Shown here: positions 50,730 through 63,450 of the stretch, piece by piece
How the letters are laid out: the number at the start of each line of letters is the position of its first letter
Numbering within the stretch: the stretch's first letter is position 1
From: Narcine bancroftii
Taxonomy: Eukaryota
Direction: 5' to 3'
NCBI RefSeq assembly: GCF_036971445.1
Contig: NC_091480.1
Coordinates: 66,030,001 to 66,094,000, forward strand
DNA length: 64,000 nt
Position numbers and translations under genes: made by a program
The notes under the pieces: model-generated
Database searches by the model: none
What the model was told of the DNA's origin: nothing
The model's input: only the letters and a program-made list of their open reading frames with translations

Positions 50730-50900
50730 TGCAGCGCCAGCGGCCCAGGTTCGAATCCGGTGCTGTCTGTCAGTCTTCCCGCAGCGCCTGCGGCCCAAGT
50801 TTGAAACCGGCGCTCCGGTCTCCCACCCAAGTTCCAAAGATGTACAGGGTCGGAAGGCTAATTGGTCAAGTGGGTGTAATTGGGCGGTGTGGCTCATGGG
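50730..50900 (+). mobile_element. V-SINE fragment
   Basis: B-box ggttcgaatcc, followed by gctccggtctcccaccc. Confidence 0.55.
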
Positions 50901-50999
50901 AGCCTACTCTTTCTTTCCTCGACATTGAACACTGCATTCACACTACTTCCTGTACTTACACTGAACTTTAAATTTTCCTCACATATTAATTTTCACCCT

Positions 51000-52830
51000 G
51001 CACTAACCTTCATTCATATAATCCATCTCTGACACTTCATCTCCATCTCAGAACACAGGGAAGCTGCAAATATCACTAAAAGTGCAATGTAGCCCATGGC
51101 TACATTGATTATACTTTCTTCCCCACCCCCTCACCCAATTTCCACTCTCTCCATTTCTCAATATTCACTTCAATGATGAGACTTTCCACACAGATACCTC
51201 TAAAAGTTTCTTTCATCTTCCCAAATCATGGCTTCCACTGTATCAAAGATAACAGAGTCTGAGCCAAAACAGGCAAGGCTTCTCAACTCTTCCTCCATTT
51301 CACCGACAACTACATTGGTCCTGCTTTCTTCAACCAAGATGAGCTTGTCATTTTATCCTCAGACTCACTTGGTCTATCTTTGGCAACTCTTCCCACTTTT
51401 CTGATCTCTCTGCTTCCATTTTGGAGCACAAACTTTCAACAGACATCTTCTTTCGACCTGCTAACTCTCACAGTTACCTTAACTCTTCCCACCCTGTGTC
51501 CTATAAGGATTCTATTCCTTTCTCTCAATTCTTCTGTCTCCATCGCATCTGCTCTCAGGATGTGGCCTTGAGTTCCAGAAAATGTGGCTACCTCTCCATG
51601 ACCGTTGACTCAGCCCTCATCAGCATCTCCAGTATTTCCCACACATCGGCCCTGGCCCCTTTCCCCACAGATGCAACATGCATAGGATTCCCTTTGTTCT
51701 CACCTGCCACCCCACCATTCTCTGCATTCAACATATCATCCTCTGTCATGATCCCACCACCGGACACATCTTCCTTAATCCTCCCCTCTCAGCCTTCTAC
51801 AGGGACTACTCCCTCCATGACTTCCTCATCCACTCCTCCCTTCTCACTCCCTCCCTTCCTTTAGTACCTGCTCCAGTGACTGCAAGACTTGCACTTACAC
51901 CTCCCGCACCACTATTCCGGGCCCCAGGCAGTCCTTCCAGGTGAAGCAACACTTCATCTGTGAATCTGCGGGGGTCGTCTACTTCATCCCGTGCTCCCAT
52001 TGTGGTCTTCTCTACCTCGGAGAGACTGGACGCAGACTGGGGGATCATTTCCATCCACTGCAACAGCAAGGACCTCCCAGTGGCCACCCACTTCAATTCC
52101 ATATCCCATTGCCATACCAACATGTCTGTCCATGGCTTCATGCACTGCCAAACTTAGGCTACCTGCAAATTGGACGAATAACATCTTATATTCTAGCTTG
52201 GCAGTCTCCAAGTAGATGGCATCAATTTCCATTAACCGCCTTCCCCACTCTCCCCACCCCATTTGTCGCCCTTCCATTATCAGAGAACTACCCTTCTCAG
52301 CCCTCTGCCACCTCCCCCCATTATTTCTCAACTTCTTTCTCTGACCTGTATCCACATAACTCCAGCCTGAGAGCTATGTTCCTCCCCTTTCCCCATTCTC
52401 ATTCTCCAACTTTTTCTTCAGGTCCACTTTCAACATTCCTTACAAACTGTGGCGGATGAACCATTAGGCTGAGTAGGCTTATGCCAAGGGGCCCGGAAGG
52501 GAGGGGAGCCCGGCAGTAGCAGGGACGTCGGGCTCCCAGCAGCAGGGTTTGGAGAACCCTAATATAAGTTATTTAATGCAACTTAACATCACTTTTTTCT
52601 ATTCAACGGAGGGTGGGGCAGGGGGGCAAGGTCAGGGGGAGGCTTACTAAAACTCAGCCTAAGAGCCTGGATTATAGTTAACCCACCACTCCTTAAAAAG
52701 GTCTCAGGCCTGAAACACTGATTGCCTTTTTCTACCTGTGGATGGTATGTGATCTACTCCAGCACCTTTGTGTACAGCACTCGACTCGAGCGTCTACAGA
52801 TTTTCTTGTTTAACTACCTGAAAATCTGTT
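51000..52830 (+). mobile_element. Decayed Penelope-like element (RT C-terminus and GIY-YIG endonuclease)
   Basis: KLSTDIFFRPANSHSYL..SHP...K.SIPFSQF, and F.CES.GVVY.IPCSHCGLLYLGETGRRLGD (GIY-YIG). Confidence 0.75.
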
Positions 52831-53084
52831 CTAATTTTACCTTTGTAGTATCCATTGCCTGAATTGCCTGATTTTTATCTTTGATGGTAAGGGTCATTGC
52901 TCCCCAAATGTTATTTATAATTCACAGGTGTGTCTTTGAAGAGTTCAAATGGTTGGTTACACAAAATTCAAGCTTACACCTAAATAGAGAGCGTAGGTGT
53001 TCAGTGATACAGTCACCCAATCTGCGTTTGGTTTCATCAATGTATAGGAGGCTACCCCTTGTGCACTAAATGCAGTAGATTAGA

Positions 53085-53920
53085 GTAAAACACGCAAGTC
53101 TGCAGACACCGTTGGTTTAGGTTTAGGTATAAACACAATGCTGGAGAAACTCAGCAGGCCAAACAGTGTCATTTATATACCAAAGATAAAGTTGCATGAT
53201 CAACATTTCGGGCTTGAGCCCTTCCTCAAGTGATGAACAAAATGTCGGCAGGCACCCAAACAAAATGGTGGGGGGAGGTCAGGGGTAGGAGAATAGGTGG
53301 ATAAGGGAGGGAGGGTACAGCAACAAACAGGGGGAGGAGGGATGGCTCTGTGAATGGAGAGGGAAAGGGGTGGAGGACTGGAGAAAAGGAGACAGAGGGA
53401 TGGGGAAGGGAGGGAGAATGGGGAGTGGGTTAGCAGGAACCAGAGAGGTCGATGTTAATGCCGTCCAGTTGGAGAGGGCCAGATGGAAAATTAGGTGTTG
53501 TTCCAATTTACGGGTGATCTTAGTTTGACAGTGCACAAGGCCATGGGCAGACATGTCGGCGTGGGGTTGGGGTGCAGAATCAAAATGGTGGCCACTGGAG
53601 GAAGACAGTAGATTAGATTAGGCAGTATGCATAAAAAGTTTCAACTGGCCTGGAAGATCTGGTTGGAGGTTGAGGGTGGGGAGGGGAAGATGTGCCTGGT
53701 GGTGGGATTGCTCTGAAATTGGCGGAATTGTCAGAGGATTATGTGCTGCATGCGGTGGATGGTGGGATGGAAAATGAGGACCAGAGTCACGGTGCTTGTT
53801 TGCCTGGAGGAGACACTGGAACTTGAAGCTAAACCCACTAAATTCATCAGGTTGAACACCATCACTGGGAGAAAAAGAATTGTCAACATTTCCAGCCAGA
53901 ACCCTCCATCGAGGCAAAAT
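53085..53920 (-). mobile_element. Penelope-like 3' fragment(s), inverted
   Basis: MSAHGLVHCQTKITRKLEQHLIFHL matches the GIY-YIG C-terminus. The terminal region (tctgcagac...ctggagaaactcagc) has a hammerhead-like motif. Confidence 0.65.
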
Positions 53921-54469
53921 TCTTGTCCTGTCTTGCAACTTGGGTTGGGTGAAATTTTCCACTTGGCCTTAACCCTTTGGACTCCAGCCATTTGTAACCT
54001 TAGATGATATATACTGCTGTTTAGGTCCATGGGTAAACTACAGTGTGAACACTAGTCTGAACCAGCTGGTGGTTGTGTATAAAACCAGTCCTGGAAAACG
54101 GGGGACATGGATAATCCCTGAAATCTGGGACACGGAGTCCAAAGGATGAAGCATGACCCATTTTGGGAAAAGCAGGATGCTGGAAGTGGATGTTTTAAAT
54201 ATTGTACCTCTTTTCCAGAGGGCAGGTGTCAGGACCTTTACTCACATGAAGATCAGAAGAAACAGTACCCCTTCTTAAAAAAAATCCAGGAACTGTGCTA
54301 CACATTAGAATTAGTGTCTCACTTCACCTCACTGCTTCCCCAGCTGAAGATCAGGGTTCCAGACTCACACAGTTACCCTCGCTGTGTAACTGCACATGTC
54401 ACCCTAACAGGTGAGTGAAGTGGAACAAGAAAGTCTGCAGATGCTGGGGTCAAGTGCAACACACAAACT

Positions 54470-55055
54470 TTTCTCTTAGGAGCGCAAAAGGATGAGAGGA
54501 GACTTAATAGAGGTCTACGAGATTATGAGAGGTATAGATAGTGTGGACGGCCAGCACCTTTTCCTGAGGGCAGGAATAGCAAACACCAGGGGACATCTGG
54601 ACAAAGTGAAGGGAGGGAAGTTTCAGGGGAGACATCAGAGGTAAGTATTTTTACACAGAGAGTTGTGGGTGCCTGGAAGGCCTTCCCGGGGATGGTGGTG
54701 GAGGCTGAAATGTGGGCATTTATGAGACTCTTAGACAGGCACATGGGTGGAAGTAAAATAAAGGGTTACAAGGTAGGGTGGGTTTAGTACATTTGTTGGT
54801 AGGAATATACAGGTATACTCTGCTTTACAAAATGCGAGCGTTCCTATGAAACCTTTCGTAAGCCGAAATGGCGTAAAGTGAAGACCCATTCACTACCATT
54901 GGAGGCTATTTTCGTAAAAGCGAATGCGGCTTTCTTCGTAAAAGCGAATTTTCGTAATTCAAGCATTCGTAAAGTGGGCTATACCAGTACTGTATAGGTC
55001 GGCACAACATCGAATGCCGAAAGGCCTTTACTGTGCAGTAATGTTCTATGTTCCA
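54470..55055 (+). mobile_element. CR1-type LINE 3' fragment interrupted by a MITE
   Basis: Encodes ..RMRGDLIEVYEIMRGID and FTQRVVGAW-like motifs, with a ttctatg-type tail. Confidence 0.7.
54810..54987. mobile_element. Tc1/mariner (Tigger/pogo-like) MITE
   Basis: Imperfect TIRs caggtatactctgctttacaa / ttcgtaaagtgggctataccag, flanked by TA. Confidence 0.65.
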
Positions 55056-55384
55056 TGTACGAGTGACCTTAATTTCCCCTCATTTTACCTTCCTCCAAGC
55101 CTTAATCTGAGGTGAGGGAAAAATAGTCCGTTGATGAATCAGTCACTGATTTGCTTACTCTTCTGTTTTGAAATGAGTATCCCGAGCCATTAAATGCACC
55201 CCTTCCCCAACCCCACCTTTATTTTCCTTTGCCTTTTTGTGGTATGAGTGTGGGAGTCAGGGGAAAAAAATTGTTTTTTAATACTGGATACTGTCCATGG
55301 GGTGTGGAGAACCCTTGTTTGTGTACATTTCATTCAACTGACATTTGCAATTGGCTTGAAATTTATGACATGAAGGCATGATGT

Positions 55385-55600
55385 GGCCGGCATGGTTGGC
55401 ATAGTGGTTAGTGCAAAGTTGCGACAGCACTAGCGATGGGGTCCGGGATTCGAATCCAGTGCTGTCCGTAAGGAGTTTGTACATTCTCCCCATGTCTGCG
55501 TGGGTTTCCTCCCACCATTCCAAACGTACTGGGGGTTGTAGGTAAATTGGCCAGCATGGGCTCGTGGGCCGAAAGGACCTGTTACCGTGCTGTACGTCTA
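55385..55600 (+). mobile_element. tRNA-derived V-SINE (HE1-like)
   Basis: A-box tggcatagtgg, B-box gattcgaatcc and V-domain ggagtttgtacattctccccatgtctgcgtgggtttcctcc. Confidence 0.75.
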
Positions 55601-56411
55601 TATATATGTAAGGGTATATCCCTGCGGAGTACAAAGCAAGAAAAGGCGACAGTTTTTACCTGTCCATCTCACTTCACCACACAACAAAACTGCAACTTAA
55701 CACAACATAAAACAGAAAGACTTATGTTTAATTAACAATCGAGCAATCACAATCGACTGAAGAATTTCTGACAAAGAATAGCCCACACACAGCGGTGAAA
55801 TCACAATAATCCATTTCGTTCTTATGTACAATTACTGCAAGCGTTTTGAATTTTAAAATTCTACTCAGGAAACATGATGGTGAGGAGGGAATTTCTCACC
55901 ACAGGGAATGCAATTCTCACCATTCAGAAATGTGACCGAGCTCCAAGTTAAATTCACGTCAAATTCTAACTCAGTGTAAAAGGTGGGCTCGATTTTAACA
56001 TTTAAGAGGAATTTGGACTGGCACATGGATGGGAGGGGTATGGAGGATGATGAACTGGGTTCAGGTCGGTGGGACTAGGCAGAAAAATGGTTCAGGACAG
56101 ACAAGAAGGGCTGTTTCCGTGCTGTAGAGTTTTATGGTTTAAACATTTCAAATTTGCTGCTTCTGACATCCCTGATGACTTAACTCATGATTTTTAGCCC
56201 GGAAGTATGGTAAGAGGAAAATGAGCAATTTTCACCCAGAAAGTCCCTGAGCATGGCTATAACTCCCACTAATTAAAGGAGAGAAGAATGGTTGGCTTGA
56301 TTATTAGAAATGAAAGGAATTTTTTTTACTGCTGTTATTAATTCCCATTTGGTGCATTAAAAAAAAAAGTGATGTGTTCAATCACAATCGACTTTTTGTA
56401 TCAGACCCCTT

Positions 56412-59400
56412 TCAGTGTGTGGTTCTTTGAACTGACTGAACTGTTTTCACCATGACAGCTTTCCTCCCAACTGAGCTGGTAGAGAAATTCTGCAAACTGG
56501 TTCCACTCCCTGAGGATTCGTATTGTTCGCTTGAATAACTTCTGGAATACGTGGGACTGGAAACTCCGTAGTCTAAAGGAAATAAAGTAGAAGTGATGGA
56601 ATGCACATTCATGCATGTTCAAAAGAGTCCAACAAAAAATTATCATGGCTTAATGTTTATCGCGCAGGTTTTGAGTGATACCCCTGTGCCTAAAGCCCAG
56701 GACAAACTAAAAAAGAATGGGGGCTTGGCATTACCTAACTTTACATTAAACATTGAAACATGACAGCATTGTACAGACCCTTCGGCCCTCCATGATGTGC
56801 CAAATGGTATAAAAGTGCTAAACCCTCCATACCCTATAACCCGTTACTTTCCTTTCATCCATGTGCCCATCTAATAGTCTTTTAAAGGCCCTTAATATTT
56901 CAGCCTCGACCACCACTCCTGGCAGGGCATTCCAGGCCTCAGCAATTCTCTGTGTGAAATAAAACCTCGCCCTGATGTCTCCCCTATACTCCCCTCCTTT
57001 AATCTTATACATGTGTCCTCTAGTGGTTGTTATTCCCACCCTAGGAAACAGGTGCTGACTGTCCAACCTCTCATAATCTTGTAGACCTTAATCAAGTCCT
57101 CTCTCATCCTTCTACGTTCCAAAGAGAACAGTCCCAGCTTTGCCAATCTCGCCTCATAAGAGGCAATCTAAGAAAATCCTCATTTTCTGGATTGCCTCCA
57201 ATCCAGGCAACATCCTTGTAAATCTCCTCTCCTTAGCCTCCACATCCTTCCTGTAATGAGGTGACCAGAACTCGACACAACACTCCAAATGTGGTCTCAC
57301 CATAGACTTCTAAAGCTGCAACATGACTTCTCTACTCTTACACACAATCCCCCTATTAATGAAGCCCAGAATCCCATAGGCTTTTTAAACTATCCTATCG
57401 ACCTGGGCAACTCCCTTGAGGGATGCACGGACATGAACCCCAAGATCCCTCTGTTCATCCACGCTCTTAATTAACCGACCATTACCCCTGTACTCAGGTT
57501 TTCGATTTGTCCTGCCAAAATGCATCACCTCACACTTGTCTGAATTGAACTCCATTTGCCACTTTTCTGTCCAACACTGAATCCTGTCTATGTCCTCTGA
57601 CAACCTTCAGCTCCATCTATAATTCCTCCAATCTTCGTGTCATTCGCAAACTTACTCACCCAACCTTCTGTATCATCATCCAGATCATTTATTGGGCAGC
57701 TAATATTAGATTAGTTATTTTTTGGATTCATCGCAAGGAAGATTTAGGTGGTTCAAGATGGATTAACCAAGAAATTAAATCCACCAAGATATATTCTCTT
57801 TATCTTTTCTGGCCTCCAAATTAACTGATAATTTTGTTGTCAGACATACACTGAGAATCTGGTTTCAATTCAGAAACATTTTGGGTACCATCGATTTTTA
57901 TTAAAATTAGTCCTTTTTTAGGTAATTCTATTTTTTTTACTGTCGGTTCGAGATAGCGGTTATCATCATTGCTCAAATTTAGGTATCCAATCCTGTTTAG
58001 ATATTTTTACTGACCAAAATCTTGTCTCTTTTGAACAATTATCCACCAAATTTTTAATCCCTAGACACCACATCTTTCATTATTTACAGGTTAGGAGCTT
58101 TTGGAGTTCTTTAATTTTGTAGCTCCCCGAAGACCTGGATGGAGATGATTGATCATTTCCAACCTAATTACGAAGGGGTGGGATCTGGCCTTTAGGAATT
58201 ACTTCTCAATTCTTGGGACAGGCTCCCTGGACAGAATTTTAAAAATTATGAGAACAGGATTATCAAGTTAATTTCTGAAATGACATGGAATTCTCCTCTA
58301 AATTGAGTGCATTCATCTTCTCTTTGTGGTCAACACTCATTATCACAGTTTAAGGTCATACACTGGGCCCACTATCCCAACATCCAATTGGCCAAATTCT
58401 ACTCTAATCTCTCTTCTAAATGTGATAAATGGCTAACTGAAGAAGGTTCACTGTACCATATGTTCTGGTTATGTCCTTCTCTTTTCAATTTTTGAGAAGA
58501 GGTATTTCGTACCTTGTCTTTAGTTTTAACATTACTTTGACTCCAAATTCTTTTCTCGCTCTCTTTGGAATAAGTGGGCCAATGGGTCTGATATTGACGA
58601 TTTCACCATCCCATGTCATTGCCCTTGCCTCCCTTATCGCTAGAAGGGGCATTTTAATGAGATGGGAAGATGCTGTCCCTCCCGCTCACACTCAGTGGTT
58701 GGCTGATACGATGATTTTGGAAAACATCATGACTGAAATGAAATTAACTATATTTCTTTATCAGGTTCTTTTCTTAATTATTTTAAACATTTGTAAGATT
58801 AATTCTTTTCTACTTTATGACCCCACTGGTACCTTATTGGTTTTATTATCAGTAGTGGTCTGTCCGTGTTAAGCCAATCGCCTCTGTAGGGTGGGGTTAG
58901 ACAAGTAGAATAGTAGTTTAATGATTTTTTTTTCTACTTCTTTTTAATATAACATAGGTTACAATATCATCTGCATTTTTCCATAAGATTTATTAATATT
59001 CTATTTTATTCTCATGTACCTATGTAACATTTATACAATGAAACTAATAAAAATATAGAAAAAGAAGAATATTTATTTAATTGTATAAATGAATACTTGT
59101 CCTGCATGTGTATCATTTGCCTGTATGTATGTTATGTCTGGTTGTGTGTCTGCGTGTTTTGTACCAAGGACTGGAGAACGCTGTTTCATTGGGTTATACT
59201 TGTACATTCAGATGGCAATAGATTGAACTTGGCTTGAAACTCAATAACTTGAGAACCAGCTATGGGGCTCACATTCCTTGGTTGTGATTGAGACCTACAC
59301 TGGGTTGGGTTTAGATGATGACTGAGTTAGCCCATGATGAGATAGAACAACTTACCGGAGATTATCGGTGTGGGGTTAACGTGAAGAATTGCTTTTTGTT

Positions 59401-60474
59401 GCTGACCAATCCTGCAAACCAAAGTTTATGATATAAATAAAAAGAGCTGGAAAAATGTTGCTGTACTTAACCGTGTTTAAAGGAGAAATATCTTTGCACA
59501 TAATATTTCTCACAACCACCTCTGACCCTCCACAAAATTGATTTCCTAAACTAAAACTCAATAAACATGTTCCTTGGAAACTATTTTTATATTTCCACTG
59601 CCTAACCCAATCAGGGACACATTTAAGGACTCTTTGCATATTATTTATTATTAAACATTTATTTTCTGCATTGCACAGTCAGTTTGTTCACATCAGGGCG
59701 GCATGGTTGGCAGAGCAGTTAGCGCAACGCATTTACAGCGCCAGCGATCGGGACTGGGGTTCGAAATCTTTGGTGTCTGTAAGGAGTTTGTATGTTCTCC
59801 CCGTGGGTTTTCCCCGGGGGCCTCTGGTTTCCTCCCACCTTTCAAAAATATACAGTTAATTGGGGTATTTGGGTGGCACAGGCTCATGGGCCAGAAGGGC
59901 CTGCTACTGTGCTGTATGTCTGTGGTAAACCACTGTTGTGCCATGATTGGCTGCTGCAGGCTGGACACGCCTCCAGAGACCGATCCAACCCATAGCCCTT
60001 TGCATGCTCCCCATTCCACTCTGCCTTGATCAGTCAATGAGGTTAACGGCTGTTCCAGTCGATAGTTAATAAAAGACTATCAGTTTCACAACTCCAGTCC
60101 TTTGTGATTATTGCCTAAATTTAAAATATATATTATTGTTAAAGAGTTTGGGTTGGTTATTTACGTTCCTGACAGGAAAACAATTTCAACAAGATTGATT
60201 GATTATGAACAATACCACCCACCTCCCCCCAAGTGAACCCAAATAATTTGTACCTGATCTCCTCTCCCTCCAGCATTTTCTTGTAGGTTGAAATTTCAAA
60301 ATCCAGACCAAGTTTTATGTTCATTAGTTCCTGGCATTCACGCATTTTCTTGGCTGCTTCCTGCTTGGCCTTGACAATTTCATTGTCTTTCTCAGCAATC
60401 TTAGCCCTGATGGTTTTCAAATTTAGCTCACCTCGTTCTTCTGCTTCAGTGATTGCTGATTCTAACCCAGTGCG
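56412..60474 (-). CDS. Second, divergent type II keratin, 3' part (exons 7-9); 5' exons lie beyond the window
   Basis: Exon 7 60474-60254 (221 nt, [16 protein letters not shown]...[18 protein letters not shown]). Exon 8 59411-59356 ([18 protein letters not shown]; tttgcag| and |gtaagt). Exon 9 56572-56412 ([13 protein letters not shown]...[18 protein letters not shown]). Splice phases are consistent. Confidence 0.85.
56690..59070 (+). mobile_element. Old L1 3' fragment in intron 8 of the minus-strand keratin, interrupted by a CR1
   Basis: GGLALPNF before the CR1 and YWAAN after it. C-terminal QFKVIH...KCDKW...[11 protein letters not shown] and an A-rich tail. Confidence 0.65.
56750..57690 (-). 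mobile_element. CR1-type LINE 3' fragment
   Basis: [23 protein letters not shown] and TRGH..K...FTQRI..AWNALP. Confidence 0.8.
59696..59920 (+). mobile_element. tRNA-derived V-SINE (HE1-like)
   Basis: A/B-box-like head (ggttcgaaatc) and V-domain. Confidence 0.7.
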
Positions 60475-60645
60475 CTGCATGGAGTTTTGTTTTAAAATGC
60501 AAATGTTAGCAAAAAATCTTCCTGGTCATAAGCTGCTTAGCTTATTGGCAAAAAAGCACAAGTGAATCATATGGTATTTTGCCACTTGAAACCAATCCCC
60601 ATACTCCCCTCGAAGCTAAAAGGGTCAGTTGGATAAATGATATGG

Positions 60646-60907
60646 TGTAGCGGGCCAAATCACCGCCCATGCAGCTGGCCGAACGGCCGCGCAATCGCAG
60701 CACACAGGGCAGTTAGGGACTTACCCGTAAGATGGCACGGGGCTCCCATCATCTCAACGTTGGGGATGTGATGACGCCACTTCCAGTCCCGGGTGTCCGG
60801 GCCGGAAGTGACTTAAAAAAGAGAGGCAAGCTTGAATAAATGTTATTCCTGACTAACTACTGTGCCTGCTGGATTGATTTAATGGTACTGCTACAGCAGA
60901 CGCCACA
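60646..60907 (+). mobile_element. Short solo-LTR-like element
   Basis: Inverted termini TGTAGCG...CGCCACA, internal AATAAA, and an imperfect flank atgg/atgt. Confidence 0.45.
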
Positions 60908-61094
60908 ATGTCACTGTTCTAAGCAGAATTTGAGTTTCAACATCAGATCTCTCATCATGAGGAGGAGTCACGTGATGGAGTAGTGGCCGGACGGTGAACT
61001 CCAGCCCTCTCCAGAAAAGTCGGAAAAAACAAAGGAAAACACAAAGGCACAGAAATAAAAGTTAAAGAAAAGTGAGTATAAAGGTGGAAAGAAG

Positions 61095-62336
61095 ATGGCG
61101 ACAAAAAAAGAAAAATCGAAATCAACGGTAAGAAGAGAGGAAGAGAAGACAACGGAGGAAGAAGGACAAGGCCTTAACTGTTCGAAGAGGCCCGCGGTGG
61201 AGAGAGAAACCCGCTCCTTCAGGTCGGTAGAAAGTGGACTACAAAAATGGCTCGTTGAGCCGAGTAAAAGTGCGCAACCTCGCATGCGCGACTCCTCGCG
61301 CAGGCGCGATGCGCATGAAAAAAAACACGCCGACGGGAGGGGGGACCAGCTGGGGAGTCGATCTCCACAGCCGGCAACGACAGCTGCAGAACACCTGCAG
61401 CAAGAAGAGACCACAGAAGACAATGGAAACAAGAAAGAAGAGAAGAAAAGGGCAACAAAGAAACAACAGATGGCCAACCCAGAGGAAGAAGAGGAAGAGT
61501 ACAGTGAAATAGAAGAAGAAGGGAAAGGCAAGATAAAGGATATACTTTCTCTTGTTAAAGGATACATGGAGTCATTTAAAGAATGGCAGACACAGGAATT
61601 TAATGATTTAAGAAGAAGAATAAACAACACAGAAGAGAAAATGAACAAAATAGATATGACCTTAACAGAAATGGGAAAGAAAATGGACAAGATGGAAAAG
61701 CGGGCAGTAGCACCAGAAATGGAGGTAGAGGTCTTAAAAAAGAAATTAGAGGAATCTAATAAAAAAGCTATAGAGACACAAGAACTGTTAGCTCAGAAAA
61801 TAGATATAATGGAAAATTATAACAGAAGAAATAACATAAAGATAGTGGGCCTTAAGGAAGATGAAGAAGGCAAGAATATGAGGGAGTTTATAAAAGATTG
61901 GATCCCTAGGATCCTAAGATGTCCAGAACTACAGCAAGAAATGGAAATAGAAAGGGCACATAGAGCATTGGCCTCTAAACCACAACCACAACAAAAACCA
62001 AGATCTATTTTAGTAAAATTCCTAAGATATACTACAAGAGAAAAGGTACTGGAGAAGACAATGGAAAAAGTAAGAGAGGGCAACAAGCCACTGGAGTATA
62101 AAGGGCAAAAAATCTTCATTTATCCAGATATAAGTTTTGAACTCCTAAAGAAGAGAAAGGAGTTCAATACAGCAAAGGCGATTTTATGGAAGAAAGGGTA
62201 TAAATTTATACTAAAGCATCCAGCGGTATTGAAAATATTTATTCCAGGAAAACAAAACAGACTGTTCTCGGATCCAGAAGAAGCACGAAAATTTGCAGAA
62301 CAACTACAAAATAGACGGAGAGATGAAGACGTGTAA
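61095..62336 (+). CDS. L1 ORF1p (coiled coil, RRM, CTD); true start may be a downstream ATG such as 61470
   Basis: Coiled coil followed by ENYNRRNNIKIVGLKE, EIERAHR, PRSILVKF and KIFIYPD, typical of L1 ORF1 (Transposase_22). Confidence 0.88.
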   Translation: MATKKEKSKSTVRREEEKTTEEEGQGLNCSKRPAVERETRSFRSVESGLQKWLVEPSKSAQPRMRDSSRRRDAHEKKHADGRGDQLGSRSPQPATTAAEHLQQEETTEDNGNKKEEKKRATKKQQMANPEEEEEEYSEIEEEGKGKIKDILSLVKGYMESFKEWQTQEFNDLRRRINNTEEKMNKIDMTLTEMGKKMDKMEKRAVAPEMEVEVLKKKLEESNKKAIETQELLAQKIDIMENYNRRNNIKIVGLKEDEEGKNMREFIKDWIPRILRCPELQQEMEIERAHRALASKPQPQQKPRSILVKFLRYTTREKVLEKTMEKVREGNKPLEYKGQKIFIYPDISFELLKKRKEFNTAKAILWKKGYKFILKHPAVLKIFIPGKQNRLFSDPEEARKFAEQLQNRRRDEDV

Positions 62337-62640
62337 TGAGAGTAAAAATGATCACGATTGATATGTATGTGGGTAAAGAGGTATAAGAGTGTATAGGTAT
62401 AATGCGCATACGTGAATGTATCGGTACTTAGAGGAAAATATAGATAGTATAGACAAGAATTAATAAGGGAAGGTAAACAAAAATAGACTGAGGGATGAAG
62501 ACGGGTAATGAGAGTAAAAATGATCACGACTGATATGTATGTGGGTAAAGAGGTATAAGAGTGAATAGATACAATGTGCATACGTGAATGTATCTGTACT
62601 TAGAGGAAAATATACTTAGAGGAAAAAATACTTAGAGGAA

Positions 62641-63450
62641 AAACGGTCAACCAGTTTACCTATCTCGGCTGCACCATTTCATCAGATGCAAGGATCGACA
62701 ATGAGATAGACAACAGACTCGCCAAGGCAAATAGCGCCTTTGGAAGACTACACAAAAGAGTCTGGAAAAACAACCAACTGAAAAACCTCACAAAGATAAG
62801 CGTATACAGAGCCGTTGTCATACCCACACTCCTGTTCGGCTCCGAATCATGGGTCCTCTACCGGCACCACCTACGGCTCCTAGAACGCTTCCACCAGCGT
62901 TGTCTCCGCTCCATCCTCAACATCCATTGGAGCGCTTACATCCCTAACGTCGAAGTACTCGAGATGGCAGAGGTCGACAGCATCGAGTCCACGCTGCTGA
63001 AGATCCAGCTGCGCTGGATGGGTCACGTCTCCAGAATGGAGGACCATCGCCTTCCCAAGATCGTGTTATATGGCGAGCTCTCCACTGGCCACCGTGACAG
63101 AGGTGCACCAAAGAAAAGGTACAAGGACTGCCTAAAGAAATCTCTTGGTGCCTGCCACATTGACCACCGCCAGTGGGCTGATATCGCCTCAAACCGTGCA
63201 TCTTGGCGCCTCACAGTTTGGCGGGCAGCAACCTCCTTTGCAGAAGACCGCAGAGCCTACCTCACTGACAAAAGGCAAAGGAGGAAAAACCCAACACCCA
63301 ACCCCAACCCACCAATTTTCCCCTGCAACCGCTGCAATCGTGTCTGCCTGTCCCGCATCGGACTTGTCAGCCACAAACGAGCCTGCAGCTGACGTGGACT
63401 TTTTACCCCCTCCATAAATCTTCGTCCGCGAAGCCAAGCCAAAGAAAGAA
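62641..63450 (+). mobile_element. 5'-truncated RTE inserted in the L1 inter-ORF spacer
   Basis: Near-identical to the reverse complement of 10529-11336; ends aagccaagccaaagaaagaa. Confidence 0.93.

Noticed and set aside
55385-55465. tRNA gene
   Set aside because: The A/B boxes belong to SINE heads followed by a V-domain; there is no complete cloverleaf.
60968-62581. Minus-strand hydrophobic ORFs (240, 100 and 153 aa)
   Set aside because: They are antisense shadows of the A-rich L1 ORF1.
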